Positions 1-10,310 of a stretch of 64,000 nt of DNA are shown piece after piece. The DNA is taken from positions 768,001 through 832,000 of the forward strand of contig CAWGZR010000005.1 in NCBI GenBank assembly GCA_963827165.1, in the 5' to 3' direction. Position numbers and translations under genes: made by a program. The notes beneath the pieces were generated by a model. It made no database searches. It was not told where the DNA came from and saw nothing but the letters and a program-made list of their open reading frames with translations. How positions within the stretch are numbered: position 1 is the stretch's first letter; each line of letters opens with the position of its first letter. This stretch comes from Candidatus Bathyarchaeota archaeon (GTDB lineage: Archaea; Thermoproteota; Bathyarchaeia; Bathyarchaeales; Bathycorpusculaceae).

Positions 1-1337
1 TTGACAAAAACGTGCATCCGACAGTTATTATTGAAGGTTACAAGAAGGCAAGCGAGAAAGCTCAAGAAATACTGAATCAAATAGCCATTCCTATTTCGTT
101 CGATGATGATAAAACCCTCAGGGATATAGCCATAACTTCCCTGGCAAGCAAAGGTATCAACGTTGCTGAAGATCACTTTGCAAAAATCATCGTTGAATCA
201 GTCAAACAAGTTACCGAAAAGGTCGAAGGCAAATGCAAAGCTGACATTGACCTAATAAAAATCGTTAAGAAACACGGCAAAAGCTTGGATGAAACAGAAC
301 TCGTCAAAGGGATGGTTATTGACAAGGAAGTCGCAAGTTCACAAATGCCCAAAGTAATTGACGGTGCAAAAATTGCCCTGTTAGACACGAAGTTGGAGAT
401 TGAAAAAACAGAGTTCGATGCCAAAATTAACATTGAAAGCCCCGACCAAATGCAGGCTTTCCTCGACGAAGAAGAACGCATGCTCAAAGAAATGGTTACG
501 TCAATCACGAAATCTGGCGCAAATGTCGTGTTCTGCGAAAAAGGCATTGACGACATGGCATTGCACTTCCTAGGCAAAGCCGGAGTTTTAGCAGTTAAAA
601 GCGTAAGCAGTAGCGATGTTGAAAAACTTTCCAAAGCAACAGGCGCCACAATAGTTGCAAACGTAAAAGACTTGGGCGCTGATACACTCGGCAAAGCAAA
701 ACGGGTTGAAGAAGTCAAAATCGGCGACGACAAACTCATCTATGTCCGCGATGCAAAGAACCCCAAAGCCGTAACCATCGTTATCCGAGGCGCATCTAAC
801 CATGTCATCGACGAAGCAGAACGATCACTCCATGACGGTTTATGTGTTGTTCGAAATGCGATTGAAGACGGCAAAATCGTTGCAGGCGGCGGCGCACCAG
901 AAGCAGAACTAGCCAAAGGCTTACGTGCATACGCAGTCAAAGTCGGCGGACGAGAACAGCTCGCCGTGGAGGCTTATGCAGATGCGGTCGAAGCAATTCC
1001 ACTTACATTGGCGGAAAACGCAGGGTTGGACCCGATAGACATCATGGTTGCGTTAAGGGCTCAGCATGAAAAGCCAGACAGCAAATATTTCGGCATCGAA
1101 GTTACAACAGGCAAAATCAAGAATATGCTAGATCTACTCGTCATCGAACCACTTCGCGTGAAACAGCAAGTCATAAAATCAGCCACAGAAGCCACAAACA
1201 TGATACTCAAAATCGACGACCTAATTAGCATCAAAGGCGGCGGAAAAATGCCTCCAATGCCTCCAGGCGGCATGGGCGGTATGGGCGGCATGGGTGGAAT
1301 GGGTGGCATGGGCGGTATGGGCGGAATGCCCTACTAA
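1..1337 (+). CDS. ths: Thermosome (group II chaperonin) subunit, 5'-truncated by window edge
   Basis: HPTVIIEGY, GMVIDKE, VAGGGAPE, IEPLRVK..A.EA..MILKIDD motifs; GGM tail. Confidence 0.97.
   Translation, partial: DKNVHPTVIIEGYKKASEKAQEILNQIAIPISFDDDKTLRDIAITSLASKGINVAEDHFAKIIVESVKQVTEKVEGKCKADIDLIKIVKKHGKSLDETELVKGMVIDKEVASSQMPKVIDGAKIALLDTKLEIEKTEFDAKINIESPDQMQAFLDEEERMLKEMVTSITKSGANVVFCEKGIDDMALHFLGKAGVLAVKSVSSSDVEKLSKATGATIVANVKDLGADTLGKAKRVEEVKIGDDKLIYVRDAKNPKAVTIVIRGASNHVIDEAERSLHDGLCVVRNAIEDGKIVAGGGAPEAELAKGLRAYAVKVGGREQLAVEAYADAVEAIPLTLAENAGLDPIDIMVALRAQHEKPDSKYFGIEVTTGKIKNMLDLLVIEPLRVKQQVIKSATEATNMILKIDDLISIKGGGKMPPMPPGGMGGMGGMGGMGGMGGMGGMPY
1266..1328 (+). repeat. Seven 9-bp coding repeats (GGN GGN ATG) encoding the (GGM)7 chaperonin tail
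   Basis: ggcggcatg/ggcggtatg/ggtggaatg units read directly. Confidence 0.9.
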
Positions 1338-1456
1338 AAGCCTAAAATTTCTTCTTTCTTTTGTAGTTTAGAATCCATTCGATCTTATTGTTTTTCTCAA
1401 AGCAACCTTATATTTGGAAATGCTAGACATTATCGATATCTTGGAGCCTCACATTT

Positions 1457-2185
1457 ATGAAGCATGTCAACATCGCTGCGTTTGATTGTCCAGACGCATG
1501 GTTCAAAACGCTGAAAAACATTTGGAATGAAGGCGATGCCTTCCAGGTTGGATATGGCTCTGAAGAAACAGAGACAAAGAAACTGAACCTCACCATAGAA
1601 ATCATGCATCCAGAGAATCGTCCGCTTCTCAGCGACAAGGCTCCCTGCGACATGGCTTACGTGCAGTGGTACGCGTTGACTTACCTGTGGTGCGGCAAAG
1701 AGGGAAAGCAAGATGAAACCTACACTTACGGTAGCCGGCTTCGGGATCCAGTGGACCAAGTCGAAGAAGCCATAAACCGCTTTGTAGAAGAGCAGAGGGA
1801 CAGGCAAGTGACAATGGTGGTGCGGTTGCCCGAAGACATTCTAAAAATTAGCCCCAAAACAAAAGAGCGAATGGAACCGCCTTGCCTGAGCCTGATTGAC
1901 ACGGAAATCCTGAAGGGACAAATGCATTTGACGTGTTACTTCCGCAGCTGGGACGCATTCGCTGGGTTGCCTGCAAACATCGCAGGGCTCCAACTTTTCA
2001 ATGAAGCTTTTGTCACAGAAATCAACGAGCGAGGAAACCTTTCGCTCAAAACTGGCAAATTGATTTTCCACTCCAAGAACTGTCACATCTACAAGCGCCA
2101 GTTTCACCTTGTTCAGGAGCTCTTGGAACCAAAGGATAAACTAAGTCGCATGGCAAAAGCAATGGTTGAAGAAAAAGAGGAATAA
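1457..2185 (+). CDS. thyA: Thymidylate synthase, archaeal ThyA-type
   Basis: YTYGSRL, catalytic PPC, FRSWD..GLPAN, HSKNCHIY. Confidence 0.85.
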   Translation: MKHVNIAAFDCPDAWFKTLKNIWNEGDAFQVGYGSEETETKKLNLTIEIMHPENRPLLSDKAPCDMAYVQWYALTYLWCGKEGKQDETYTYGSRLRDPVDQVEEAINRFVEEQRDRQVTMVVRLPEDILKISPKTKERMEPPCLSLIDTEILKGQMHLTCYFRSWDAFAGLPANIAGLQLFNEAFVTEINERGNLSLKTGKLIFHSKNCHIYKRQFHLVQELLEPKDKLSRMAKAMVEEKEE

Positions 2186-2359
2186 GCTGGCGCAAGCTCA
2201 GGCAGCACACCGTCATGTAGCTGATTAATTGCCTCTTTAATCTGAGATTTCTATCTTCCGAAAAAAATCGTTACCTCTGCAAAAGTATCAAAGCGCAAAG
2301 GATTTATTCCCTTCCAAAGTGCAAAGAAAGGTTTTAAAGGCTACTTTTGCCTAGAAAGA

Positions 2360-2887
2360 TTGGGGAAACTAATGGGTTACGCTGCGAAATGGAAGGCGCT
2401 TGAGGACCTGATGATCGCGCTCAACATGAAAGGCTTTGCGACTTCGCCAAAAATAATTGGTGATTTAAGAAGCGCTAAGCTGATGATTAAAATCTCTGGT
2501 GCAGGTGAGGGCAGCGACGACGCATCCATGAAGCTAGATGAAATTCTTGGAACAGTCGAATCGGAACTTGTATCTGGGGCACAAAACGTACTGACGTCAG
2601 AAGAAATTGATGAATGGCTCAAACGTTTAGACGGAGCCAGCTTGCCAACATGCGAGGTAAAAGGAGAAAGTGAAGCCGCCTTCGTCACAGGTGTTCCAAG
2701 AGACCAAAAATGGATTAGAGTCGAACCTATTGCCCGCTTGTCAACCTTGAAGCTTCAGCAAATCGCCAAGGAAAACAGCCTTTCGCTCAACCAGCAAAAA
2801 GACGGGCGGCTAGTAGTTTACGGTCAACAGGAAGGCATAAAGGCGTTTCTGAAGAAGATGACAGAAGAAGCTCAAACGAAAAAATAA
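2360..2887 (+). CDS. Conserved archaeal protein, DUF2096-like (start may be ATG 2372)
   Basis: W..LEDL..L N-terminus and GVPRDQKWIRV motif. Confidence 0.6.
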   Translation: MGKLMGYAAKWKALEDLMIALNMKGFATSPKIIGDLRSAKLMIKISGAGEGSDDASMKLDEILGTVESELVSGAQNVLTSEEIDEWLKRLDGASLPTCEVKGESEAAFVTGVPRDQKWIRVEPIARLSTLKLQQIAKENSLSLNQQKDGRLVVYGQQEGIKAFLKKMTEEAQTKK

Positions 2888-2975
2888 GCGCCAGCTAGTC
2901 AGCGATTAATTCGGCGTTTTTCGTTTCGATATGTTTTTTACGTAAAGTTCGCTAGTGTGCATTAACGTGATTGTC

Positions 2976-4217
2976 GTGGTGAAGCTTAAAGGATTCCAGA
3001 AATTGACGTTAACCGATAAAGCCCTCCAAACATGGCTTGAAACGTTGCAGATAGGCAAACCCAATGTTGAGGCGGTGTCTTTGCAGGGTGCGTTGGGTCG
3101 GGTTTTAGCCGAAGACCTTGTTGCTCAAGAAAGTTTGCCGCGGTTTGACAAATCAGCCATGGACGGTTATGCTTTGAACTCAGCAGACTCCGCGGGCGCT
3201 TCGCAGTCTAAACCCGGGATCTTTGAGTTAACCGACAGCCAAACGTTGGGTGCAAAGCAAGCCAAGCAGGTTTGGACTGGGAACCCAATTCCCAAAGGTG
3301 CCGACGCCGTCATTATGCTTGAAAACACCGAGAAAAAAGAAGCCAAACTTCAGGTTTGGAGTCAACTAACTCCAGGCGAAAACATCGCAAAAATCGGGGA
3401 AGACCTAAAAAAATGTACATTGATAGCTAAAGCAGGCGCCCGACTAAACCCATATCACATTGGGTTAGCAGCAGCTTTGGGCTTGAGCCATCTTAAAGTC
3501 GCCGTAAAACCCAAAATCGGAATAGTCGCTACGGGTAACGAGCTTGCCGAAGCAGGAGGAAAGCTTAGTGGCAGCCTGATTTTTGACTCCAACAAAATTA
3601 TGATTTCATCAATGTGCAGAGAGATAGGAGCAGATACAACCGACTATGGAATAGCAAAAGACGACGTCGACGAAATCGCTGAAAAAATCGGCGTGGCGCT
3701 TGAAACTCAAGACGCCGTCGTCACCACAGGTGGTACAAGCGTCGGCGGCTTAGATTTGGTGCCTGACGCAGTCAATAAGCTGGGAAAGCCAGGCGTCTTG
3801 GTTCACGGCGTTTCGCTTCGACCCGCAATGCCTACGGCGCTTGCCATGCTGCAGAAAAAACCTGTCTTGATTTTGTCTGGCAACCCAGTTGCAGCAATCG
3901 TAGGGTTCGAAGTCTTCGGTCGTCCGATGGTTTGCAAGTTTCTTGGCATGAATGAAACCGAGCCAAGACCCATGCTAAAGGCTGTTTTAACAAGGAAAGT
4001 TGCGAGTGCTTTGGGAAGAAAAACGTATGTGCGGGTTCACGTTACTTTGAAGGATGGCGAGTTTTACGCTGAGCCAGTAAGTGCCAAGGGGTCAGGTTCA
4101 ATTTCTACAATGACCCAAAGCAACGGCTTTCTCGTGGTTCCTGAAAACCGTGAAGGCATAAGCGGCGGCGAAGTGGTTATCGTGCACATGTTCGGCATCG
4201 CGGAGGCAGTGTCCTAA
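2976..4217 (+). CDS. moeA: Molybdopterin molybdo/tungstotransferase MoeA, paralog 1 (start uncertain, 2955-2979)
   Basis: GRVLAED, PRFDKSAMDGYA, TGNEL, TTGGTSVG, LSGNP. Confidence 0.93.
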   Translation: MVKLKGFQKLTLTDKALQTWLETLQIGKPNVEAVSLQGALGRVLAEDLVAQESLPRFDKSAMDGYALNSADSAGASQSKPGIFELTDSQTLGAKQAKQVWTGNPIPKGADAVIMLENTEKKEAKLQVWSQLTPGENIAKIGEDLKKCTLIAKAGARLNPYHIGLAAALGLSHLKVAVKPKIGIVATGNELAEAGGKLSGSLIFDSNKIMISSMCREIGADTTDYGIAKDDVDEIAEKIGVALETQDAVVTTGGTSVGGLDLVPDAVNKLGKPGVLVHGVSLRPAMPTALAMLQKKPVLILSGNPVAAIVGFEVFGRPMVCKFLGMNETEPRPMLKAVLTRKVASALGRKTYVRVHVTLKDGEFYAEPVSAKGSGSISTMTQSNGFLVVPENREGISGGEVVIVHMFGIAEAVS

Positions 4218-5447
4218 TTGTTCAGGAAACTTATGACTTTTGAAGAAGCGCAAAGAGCTATCGCGTCTCAGTTTAAAGCCCCCGCCTTAGGCGAAGAAGA
4301 CGCAGTGCTGCTGGAAGCTTACAACCGTGTGTTAGCTGAAGATGTGGTTTCGATGCTGGATATTCCCCCGTTTAGTCGCTCCACTGTGGACGGGTACGCC
4401 GTAAAAGCTGAGGACACTTTCGAGGGAGACGAAAATCAGCCTGCCTGCCTCAAGGTCAGCGGCGTCGTAAACATAGGCGAACAGCCTAAGGTCACGGTCG
4501 GCAAATGCGAGACGGTTGAAATCGTGACTGGAGCGCCGATTCCGGAGGGCGCAGACGCAGCGGTCATGGTTGAAGATACGGAACGGGAAGACAGCGAACT
4601 GCAAATATTCAGCCCAGTCAAGCCGAACGAGAACGTTATGAAGAAAGGTTCAGACATAAAGATGGGTGAGGTGGTGCTCAAAAAAGGGCAGGTCTTGGGA
4701 TCTTCAGAAATAGGCGTTTTGGCAGCCTTGGGCTTAACCAAAGTCAAAGTTTCAAAAATCCCGATGATCGCCGTCTTATCGACGGGCGGGGAAATAACGG
4801 AACCTGGCCAGCCCCTGTCGCAGGGAAAAATCTACGACATAAACGCTTATAGCATAAGCACAGCAGTTATTGAAAGCGGCGGCAAACCCGTTTACTTCGG
4901 CGTTGTAGCTGACGACAAAGCAGCTCTCTCAAAGGCTTTGCATACTGCGTTGTCTTCAGCGGACATGGTTATCACTTCAGGCGGCGTCTCCGTGGGTCCT
5001 CGGGATTACACTCCGCAAATCGTGGATTCGCTAGGCAAACCGGGAATTATTGTTTATGGCATAGCAGTTAAACCAGGCAAGCCTACGACTGTCGGTTTCG
5101 TCGGGGACAAGCCTATTTTTTCATTGCCCGGTCATCCCACGTCAGCACTGCTGATTTTCTATATGTTGGCTAGACCCCTGATTCAGCAGTTAGCTGGAAG
5201 ACCCGTCACTCCCATGAAAACCATCAGAGCTGCTGCGGGTTCACGCATGTTCAGCGCCAAGGGCAGGCGAACGTTTGTTATGGTCAGGTTGGTGTTTGAT
5301 AAAAGCTGCCGTTTGATTGCTGAACCCGTAGAATCAGGCGCTTCGGGCGCAATAACAACATTGGCGAAGGCTGATGGGTTCGTGGAGATTCCTGAAAACG
5401 AGCAGTTTGTGGATGCGGACCAAGAAGTCGCGGTTTTTCTTTTTTGA
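4218..5447 (+). CDS. moeA: Molybdopterin molybdo/tungstotransferase MoeA, paralog 2
   Basis: PPFSRSTVDGYA, TGAPIPEGADA, SGGVSVG..D, KPGKP, LPGHP. Confidence 0.93.
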   Translation: MFRKLMTFEEAQRAIASQFKAPALGEEDAVLLEAYNRVLAEDVVSMLDIPPFSRSTVDGYAVKAEDTFEGDENQPACLKVSGVVNIGEQPKVTVGKCETVEIVTGAPIPEGADAAVMVEDTEREDSELQIFSPVKPNENVMKKGSDIKMGEVVLKKGQVLGSSEIGVLAALGLTKVKVSKIPMIAVLSTGGEITEPGQPLSQGKIYDINAYSISTAVIESGGKPVYFGVVADDKAALSKALHTALSSADMVITSGGVSVGPRDYTPQIVDSLGKPGIIVYGIAVKPGKPTTVGFVGDKPIFSLPGHPTSALLIFYMLARPLIQQLAGRPVTPMKTIRAAAGSRMFSAKGRRTFVMVRLVFDKSCRLIAEPVESGASGAITTLAKADGFVEIPENEQFVDADQEVAVFLF

Positions 5448-5599
5448 AACGTGCCAAGAAAAGTTTAGGATCCACTAAAACTCTTTTCTTTTGTAAATCC
5501 TTTCTTCCGGCATCAGCAAAAACCCTGCATAATAGCCTTTCGCTGATTGAATACGATTGTTCGCGGGTCCAAGAAAATCCACAATCGAAAAAAATTGTT

Positions 5600-5956
5600 T
5601 TATGGTTTTCTTCTTATCAATAGCAGATAGATTGCGAAGACCCATGTAAGCAGCAAGTAGCCAAGCAGACTTAAGCCAATAAGAGCGTCGGTGAATCCTG
5701 CTACCACCAAGGTGTAGAGAGAGAAGGTGGTTGCTGCGATGAACAGGATGAATATTAGCCATGGCGCCCAACCGCGTTTTGTGAAAACTCCGTAGGCTAC
5801 GATTAGGCTTAGGATTCCAAGTAGCCCCAGTTGTGGCGCGTAGCTTGCGAAGGGCAGGGAAACAAGAAGAATCAACCCGCTGAGTACGTAGAAGGCTAAT
5901 GATAGCAGTTCGATGCGGTTGAAGTTTTTCAGTCTAGACGCTAAAGCTAAAGTCAC
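5600..5956 (-). CDS. Small four-TM membrane protein, unknown function
   Basis: Four hydrophobic segments; basic termini. Confidence 0.7.
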   Translation of the reverse strand: MTLALASRLKNFNRIELLSLAFYVLSGLILLVSLPFASYAPQLGLLGILSLIVAYGVFTKRGWAPWLIFILFIAATTFSLYTLVVAGFTDALIGLSLLGYLLLTWVFAIYLLLIRRKP

Positions 5957-6218
5957 TTTTTGCTCGCCTTTACCTTATGCATTAAGGGTATAACTAATAA
6001 GTTTTTGCGGTATACAACAAGGGCCTAACAGGCTTTTTCCTTCTGCAAATAACCTTTCCGCTGTTGAACCCACTGGCTTATTACTTTCCTCAAGGAACAA
6101 GGTTTTCCCCTCCAAGAGCGCCGTCTTTCCCCATTTGTGAGATACGAGTTTTTGCAACAGCGAAAAGGTTTAGAACCTGCCTATCAGAAGATAAGCCTAC
6201 ACGAGGCATGATTGTTGC

Positions 6219-7121
6219 ATGAGTTACATTGAATTGTTCGCTTCACAAACCAACGTTTTCAGCGGCGTTCAGAAACCTCTTAAAGAGGCGAAATACGTTG
6301 TTTTCGGGGTGCCCTTCGACACAACTAGCTCTTACCGCAACGGTGCAAGGTTTGCTCCATCCGCGATTCGGCAGGCGTCTTTGAACATTGAAACGTATAG
6401 TTTCCGCAGCGGGGTTGACGTTGAGGATTTGGCTTTGTATGACGCTGGCGACTTGGATGTTTCACTAGAAGCTGCGAAGACGGTTGACATGACGCGCCTT
6501 GTGGTTGATGAGATTTTGGCCGCTGGCAAGGTACCCGTGGCTCTAGGCGGCGAACACACGATTACGCTTGGAGCAGTGAAGGGCTTAGGATCAAAAGCGG
6601 GAAAAACCGCGATAGTCAGCTTCGATGCCCATCTGGATTTACGCTGCGAATTTCTTGGATCCTCACTGTCCCACACTACGTTTATGCAGTTGATAACTGA
6701 GGAGGTTAATCCGGCGAAAATCGTTGAGGTTGGCACGCGTAGCGTCTGCAGAGAAGAGTTGGCTTACGCGAAGAAGGCAGGAATCGAATTTTTCACTTCC
6801 CAAGAAATCCTAAAGCAAGGCTCCTTGATCATCGGAGAACATCTAAAAGAGATGCTTCTGCCTTACGAAAACCTGTATTTGACAGTGGATATGGATGTGC
6901 TTGACCCAGCTTTTGCCCCGGCGGTGCAGAACCCAGAGCCTGAAGGAATCAGCACAACACAACTCATAGACTTAGCTTGTTCCTTATGTGACAAACGGGT
7001 CCTAGGCTTCGACATAGTCGAGATTGTGCCGATTTATGATCAAGGTATCTCCTCGATTGCGGCTGCAAAAGTGGTATACGAAATGCTTTGCCAACTGGAA
7101 AAATCACGAAGAATTAAGTAG
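6219..7121 (+). CDS. speB: Agmatinase (ureohydrolase family)
   Basis: GVPFD.T, GGEHTIT, FDAHLD, DMDVLDPAFAP. Confidence 0.93.
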   Translation: MSYIELFASQTNVFSGVQKPLKEAKYVVFGVPFDTTSSYRNGARFAPSAIRQASLNIETYSFRSGVDVEDLALYDAGDLDVSLEAAKTVDMTRLVVDEILAAGKVPVALGGEHTITLGAVKGLGSKAGKTAIVSFDAHLDLRCEFLGSSLSHTTFMQLITEEVNPAKIVEVGTRSVCREELAYAKKAGIEFFTSQEILKQGSLIIGEHLKEMLLPYENLYLTVDMDVLDPAFAPAVQNPEPEGISTTQLIDLACSLCDKRVLGFDIVEIVPIYDQGISSIAAAKVVYEMLCQLEKSRRIK

Positions 7122-7145
7122 ATTCCCGATTTTAAAAAATCGGTA

Positions 7146-7727
7146 TCAACCCAAGTTCTTAGGTGTTAAGATTTTGTTAGCCAATTCTTCCGTCCATTAT
7201 CGGATGGCATTGCAATCCCGAGTATCGTAGATTCCCGGTTCCGCTTCTTTGTAGGCCGCGGCTACTCTTGGTCTGTCCATCGCCATGGCTTTTTTAGCGT
7301 ACCATGGCACGTCGTTGTAGTTGTAGACTCCTCCGAAAAGCCCCAATGCAACAGGATGCAGATTGTACTTAGCTGATTTTTCTTCCAGATATTTCCGTCT
7401 AGCGTTTTCGGCGGCTTCGGGTTTGCTATTGTCGGTGGCTGAGCCACAGCAGACGAAAAGCGCCAGTTTCTTGTTTGCAAGTTCTTTTTGGTGTTTTTTA
7501 AGGAAGTCTTCTGGCTCGCTGGTCCACCGATGCATTTGAATGCCGCTACCGACAACTACGAGGCCGTATTGGTTTATTTCTTTGATTTTCTGTTCCTTAG
7601 CGTTCACTACATCGACGTCTAGGTTTTTTTGCCGCAGAATGTTCGCGATTTCCTCAGATGTGCTGGCCGTTGCGCCATATTGGGTTCCGTAAACTATCAA
7701 TGCCTTACTCACTGTTTTCCCCTCCAT
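7146..7727 (-). CDS. Flavodoxin-domain protein (HemG/Flavodoxin_5-like) with an in-frame TAA at 7197-7199 before the last helix
   Basis: LIVYGTQYGAT FMN loop, VVGSGI, ALFVCC; readthrough gives DTRDCNAIR*WTEELANKIL. Confidence 0.75.
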
Positions 7728-8475
7728 TTACGTGGTGTGTTCGGGTTAGTTGGTACAGTTTTACTCCTATTAGGAGATGCCAAACCATCAAGAGTAAGCC
7801 TGCTCCTCCTATGAACAAGCTGGACCAAACGTAAAAGCCTGCCGCCGGCGCAAATCTCAAGCCCGCCAGATAAGCAAAATCGAAGGTGCCCGCTACGATT
7901 CCAATAAGTGCGGTTGCTTTGTTGAAGATTTTGCTCTTCGACATGACAGCTGATATTATTAGACCCGCGAAGGCGATGAGGAAAAGGCTGATGAGACCTC
8001 CAGCCCCCTGGTAGCCCGCGCCAGGAACACCCTTCGCTAAAACGGACTGTCCCGTAAGCAGCAAAGCTGATTTCTGCGCCTCAATTGTTGCTGAGGCATA
8101 TTGGCTGCTGAGGGAAGCCATATTGAAAGCTGTGTCTGACACAACGTAAACTAAATTGCCGACAAAACACATCAAAGCGGCGGCGAATGCGGCAGTTTTG
8201 CAGTTTTTCCTGAGCACAACATAGAGGGCGAGAAACATAAGGCTGACCATCGCGTAGTTGATTATATCAAAGAAATTGAGGAAAATGACTCCTAGCAAAC
8301 GATCTTTCTGCAGGAGCATGAACCAGCCATCCGCTGTCGTCGGCGCTGACCCGACGAATATTGTAGCTTCTGCGGCTAGATTTCTCCTGAAAACGAATCC
8401 AGCAATGAATGCAGCTACTGCACCAATCCGGATAAGCCGCCGCCAAGGTGGCTTGATATATGATGATTCAATCAT
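7705..8475 (-). CDS. Multi-pass membrane protein (DUF4386-like)
   Basis: About six hydrophobic helices; C-terminal W.LLIG.KL. Confidence 0.6.
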   Translation of the reverse strand: MIESSYIKPPWRRLIRIGAVAAFIAGFVFRRNLAAEATIFVGSAPTTADGWFMLLQKDRLLGVIFLNFFDIINYAMVSLMFLALYVVLRKNCKTAAFAAALMCFVGNLVYVVSDTAFNMASLSSQYASATIEAQKSALLLTGQSVLAKGVPGAGYQGAGGLISLFLIAFAGLIISAVMSKSKIFNKATALIGIVAGTFDFAYLAGLRFAPAAGFYVWSSLFIGGAGLLLMVWHLLIGVKLYQLTRTHHVNGGENSE

Positions 8476-8477
8476 GA

Positions 8478-8726
8478 TTAGTCGTCCCCTTCTGCCATTT
8501 GCCCGTTTGAACTAGAGATTTTGTCCATTCCAAGGTTGATTCTCAAGGCGCCATTTTTGCCGATAACTTCTAGAATTCCATCTTTCTTGAAAGCAGCAGC
8601 CACCAACTCGCCCAAAGTGCCTTCAAGCAGCACCGCGTCGCTGGAACAGTTGCTCATGGTCACGTTTTTGAGGTTTTTCTTCGATTCGAGTTCAATGGAG
8701 AAAAACCGTTGTCTGTGATTCTGCAT
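8478..8726 (-). CDS. Small hypothetical protein
   Basis: Co-oriented, 2-nt gap to next gene; LLEGTLGEL..GILEVIG.NG.LRI pattern. Confidence 0.65.
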   Translation of the reverse strand: MQNHRQRFFSIELESKKNLKNVTMSNCSSDAVLLEGTLGELVAAAFKKDGILEVIGKNGALRINLGMDKISSSNGQMAEGDD

Positions 8727-8778
8727 TTTTATTTGCCTCGATTCTACTGAAGAGTCGGCGAATTGTGATTAGTTTTAT

Positions 8779-9579
8779 TTGATTCTGATGCTAAGAAGTA
8801 AGCATTGGAGTCAAAACTTTAGGGGCGAAAGAAAATTGGTGGAAGCATCTGGGTTGGAAAAGCTGTTCTTTGAGTTGGCAAGCGAAAGCCGCCTTGGCAT
8901 ACTGCGTGAGCTTCAGAGGGAAAATTTGAAGATGCAGGAAATCGCTCGCCGACTTGATGTTACGCCGACTGAGGCTTTTCGGCAGTTAGAGCGACTTAGC
9001 GCAGCCATGTTGGTTCAGAGGCAGCCCGACGGCGCCTTCATGTTGGCCGAATATGGGAAAGTTGTGCTTCAGATTTCGACTTCGCTGGATTTTCTCTCCA
9101 AACATAAAGAGTACTTTTCGACTCACGATTTGATGATGCTTCCCCGTCAGTTCATAAACAGAGTGGGCGAGCTTGCGGGGGCAAAGTTAGAGATGGATAC
9201 GATTGAAAGCCTCAACAAAGGTGCAAAGTGGTTTACTGAAGCCAAACAATACGCTTATGGTATGGGCGAAGGCACAATCCCAGCACAGATGATTCCCGTC
9301 ATGAATCAGCAAGCTCAACGCGGACTCCAGATCAAAATGATGATCCCCGCAGAAATCCTGCCTGCCGCAAAACAACCAGGAACACCGAAAAACGTGGAAA
9401 TTCGAGGCTTATCCCGCATCCCAGGAATTATCGCCCTGAACGAGGAGATGGCTGGCATCTGCTTCCGACAACTTGGTGGGCGAATTGATTATGCGGGCTT
9501 CTTTGGAAGTGACTTCGACTTCCGCAACTGGGTTGAAGATCTGTTCACGTATTATTGGAATAAAGGAGAAAGGGCATAG
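8779..9579 (+). CDS. Winged-HTH transcriptional regulator with C-terminal DUF1724-like domain (start probably about 8836-8839)
   Basis: LASESRLGILREL..MQEIARRL..TEAFRQLERL HTH; W.EDLFTYYW C-terminus. Confidence 0.8.
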   Translation: MILMLRSKHWSQNFRGERKLVEASGLEKLFFELASESRLGILRELQRENLKMQEIARRLDVTPTEAFRQLERLSAAMLVQRQPDGAFMLAEYGKVVLQISTSLDFLSKHKEYFSTHDLMMLPRQFINRVGELAGAKLEMDTIESLNKGAKWFTEAKQYAYGMGEGTIPAQMIPVMNQQAQRGLQIKMMIPAEILPAAKQPGTPKNVEIRGLSRIPGIIALNEEMAGICFRQLGGRIDYAGFFGSDFDFRNWVEDLFTYYWNKGERA

Positions 9580-9594
9580 TTTGGGTGTGTCGTC

Positions 9595-10161
9595 TTGTCG
9601 TCGGAATTGACTGTTTTCACGATTGGGCATTCGACCCGAACCGTGGACGAATTCATAGGGCTCCTCAAAACTTACGGTGTGGCCTTGGTGGTGGATGTGC
9701 GGACGGTTCCTCGTAGCAGGCACAACCCGCAGTTCAACAAGGAAACTCTTCCCGCCAGCCTCAAACCATTTGGCATACGCTACATTCATATGCCAGAAAT
9801 CGGCGGTTTACGCAGACCCAAACACGACTCCGTTAACCTCGCTTGGAAAAACATGGGTTTCCGAGGCTACGCCGACTACATGCAAACCAAAGAATTCACC
9901 GATAACTTGCTAAAAATCGTCGCTCTTTCTCGGGAAAATTGCTTGGCATTGATGTGCGCTGAAGCCTTGCCCTGGCGCTGCCACAGAAGCCTTATCTCCG
10001 ACGCCCTCGTAGTACGGCACATAAAAGTGCAGCACATAATAACCGCAACCAGTCTCATCAGCCACAAAATTTGCGAGATGGCACGGGTTGAAGGAATAAA
10101 AATAACCTATCCATTATTTACCCAAGAAACACCGCAAAGAACTCTGAGCGATTTCAGTTAG
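9595..10161 (+). CDS. DUF488 family protein
   Basis: FTIGHSTR, VDVR..P.SR.NPQF, LMCAE..PWRCHRSLI. Confidence 0.9.
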   Translation: MSSELTVFTIGHSTRTVDEFIGLLKTYGVALVVDVRTVPRSRHNPQFNKETLPASLKPFGIRYIHMPEIGGLRRPKHDSVNLAWKNMGFRGYADYMQTKEFTDNLLKIVALSRENCLALMCAEALPWRCHRSLISDALVVRHIKVQHIITATSLISHKICEMARVEGIKITYPLFTQETPQRTLSDFS

Positions 10162-10310
10162 GAATAAATCTTACTTGCCAAAACTTTTATGCTTACCATT
10201 TCGGTAGTGAGAGGCGTCGTCATTACATTTTTGGTGATTCACGAGAAATGGAACCTTTTTGAGGATTTCTGACATGATTTAACCAAAAAAGACTTTATGC
10301 AAACATTTTT

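Noticed and set aside
1266-1328. GGM tandem repeat as a novel element
   Set aside because: Well-known chaperonin C-terminal tail.
1457-2185. Thymidylate synthase homolog as a DNA-hypermodification enzyme
   Set aside because: Keeps the dUMP-specifying Asn (PAN) and has no modification or viral neighbours.
2976-5447. Tandem moeA duplication as a novelty
   Set aside because: Two MoeA paralogs are common in archaea.
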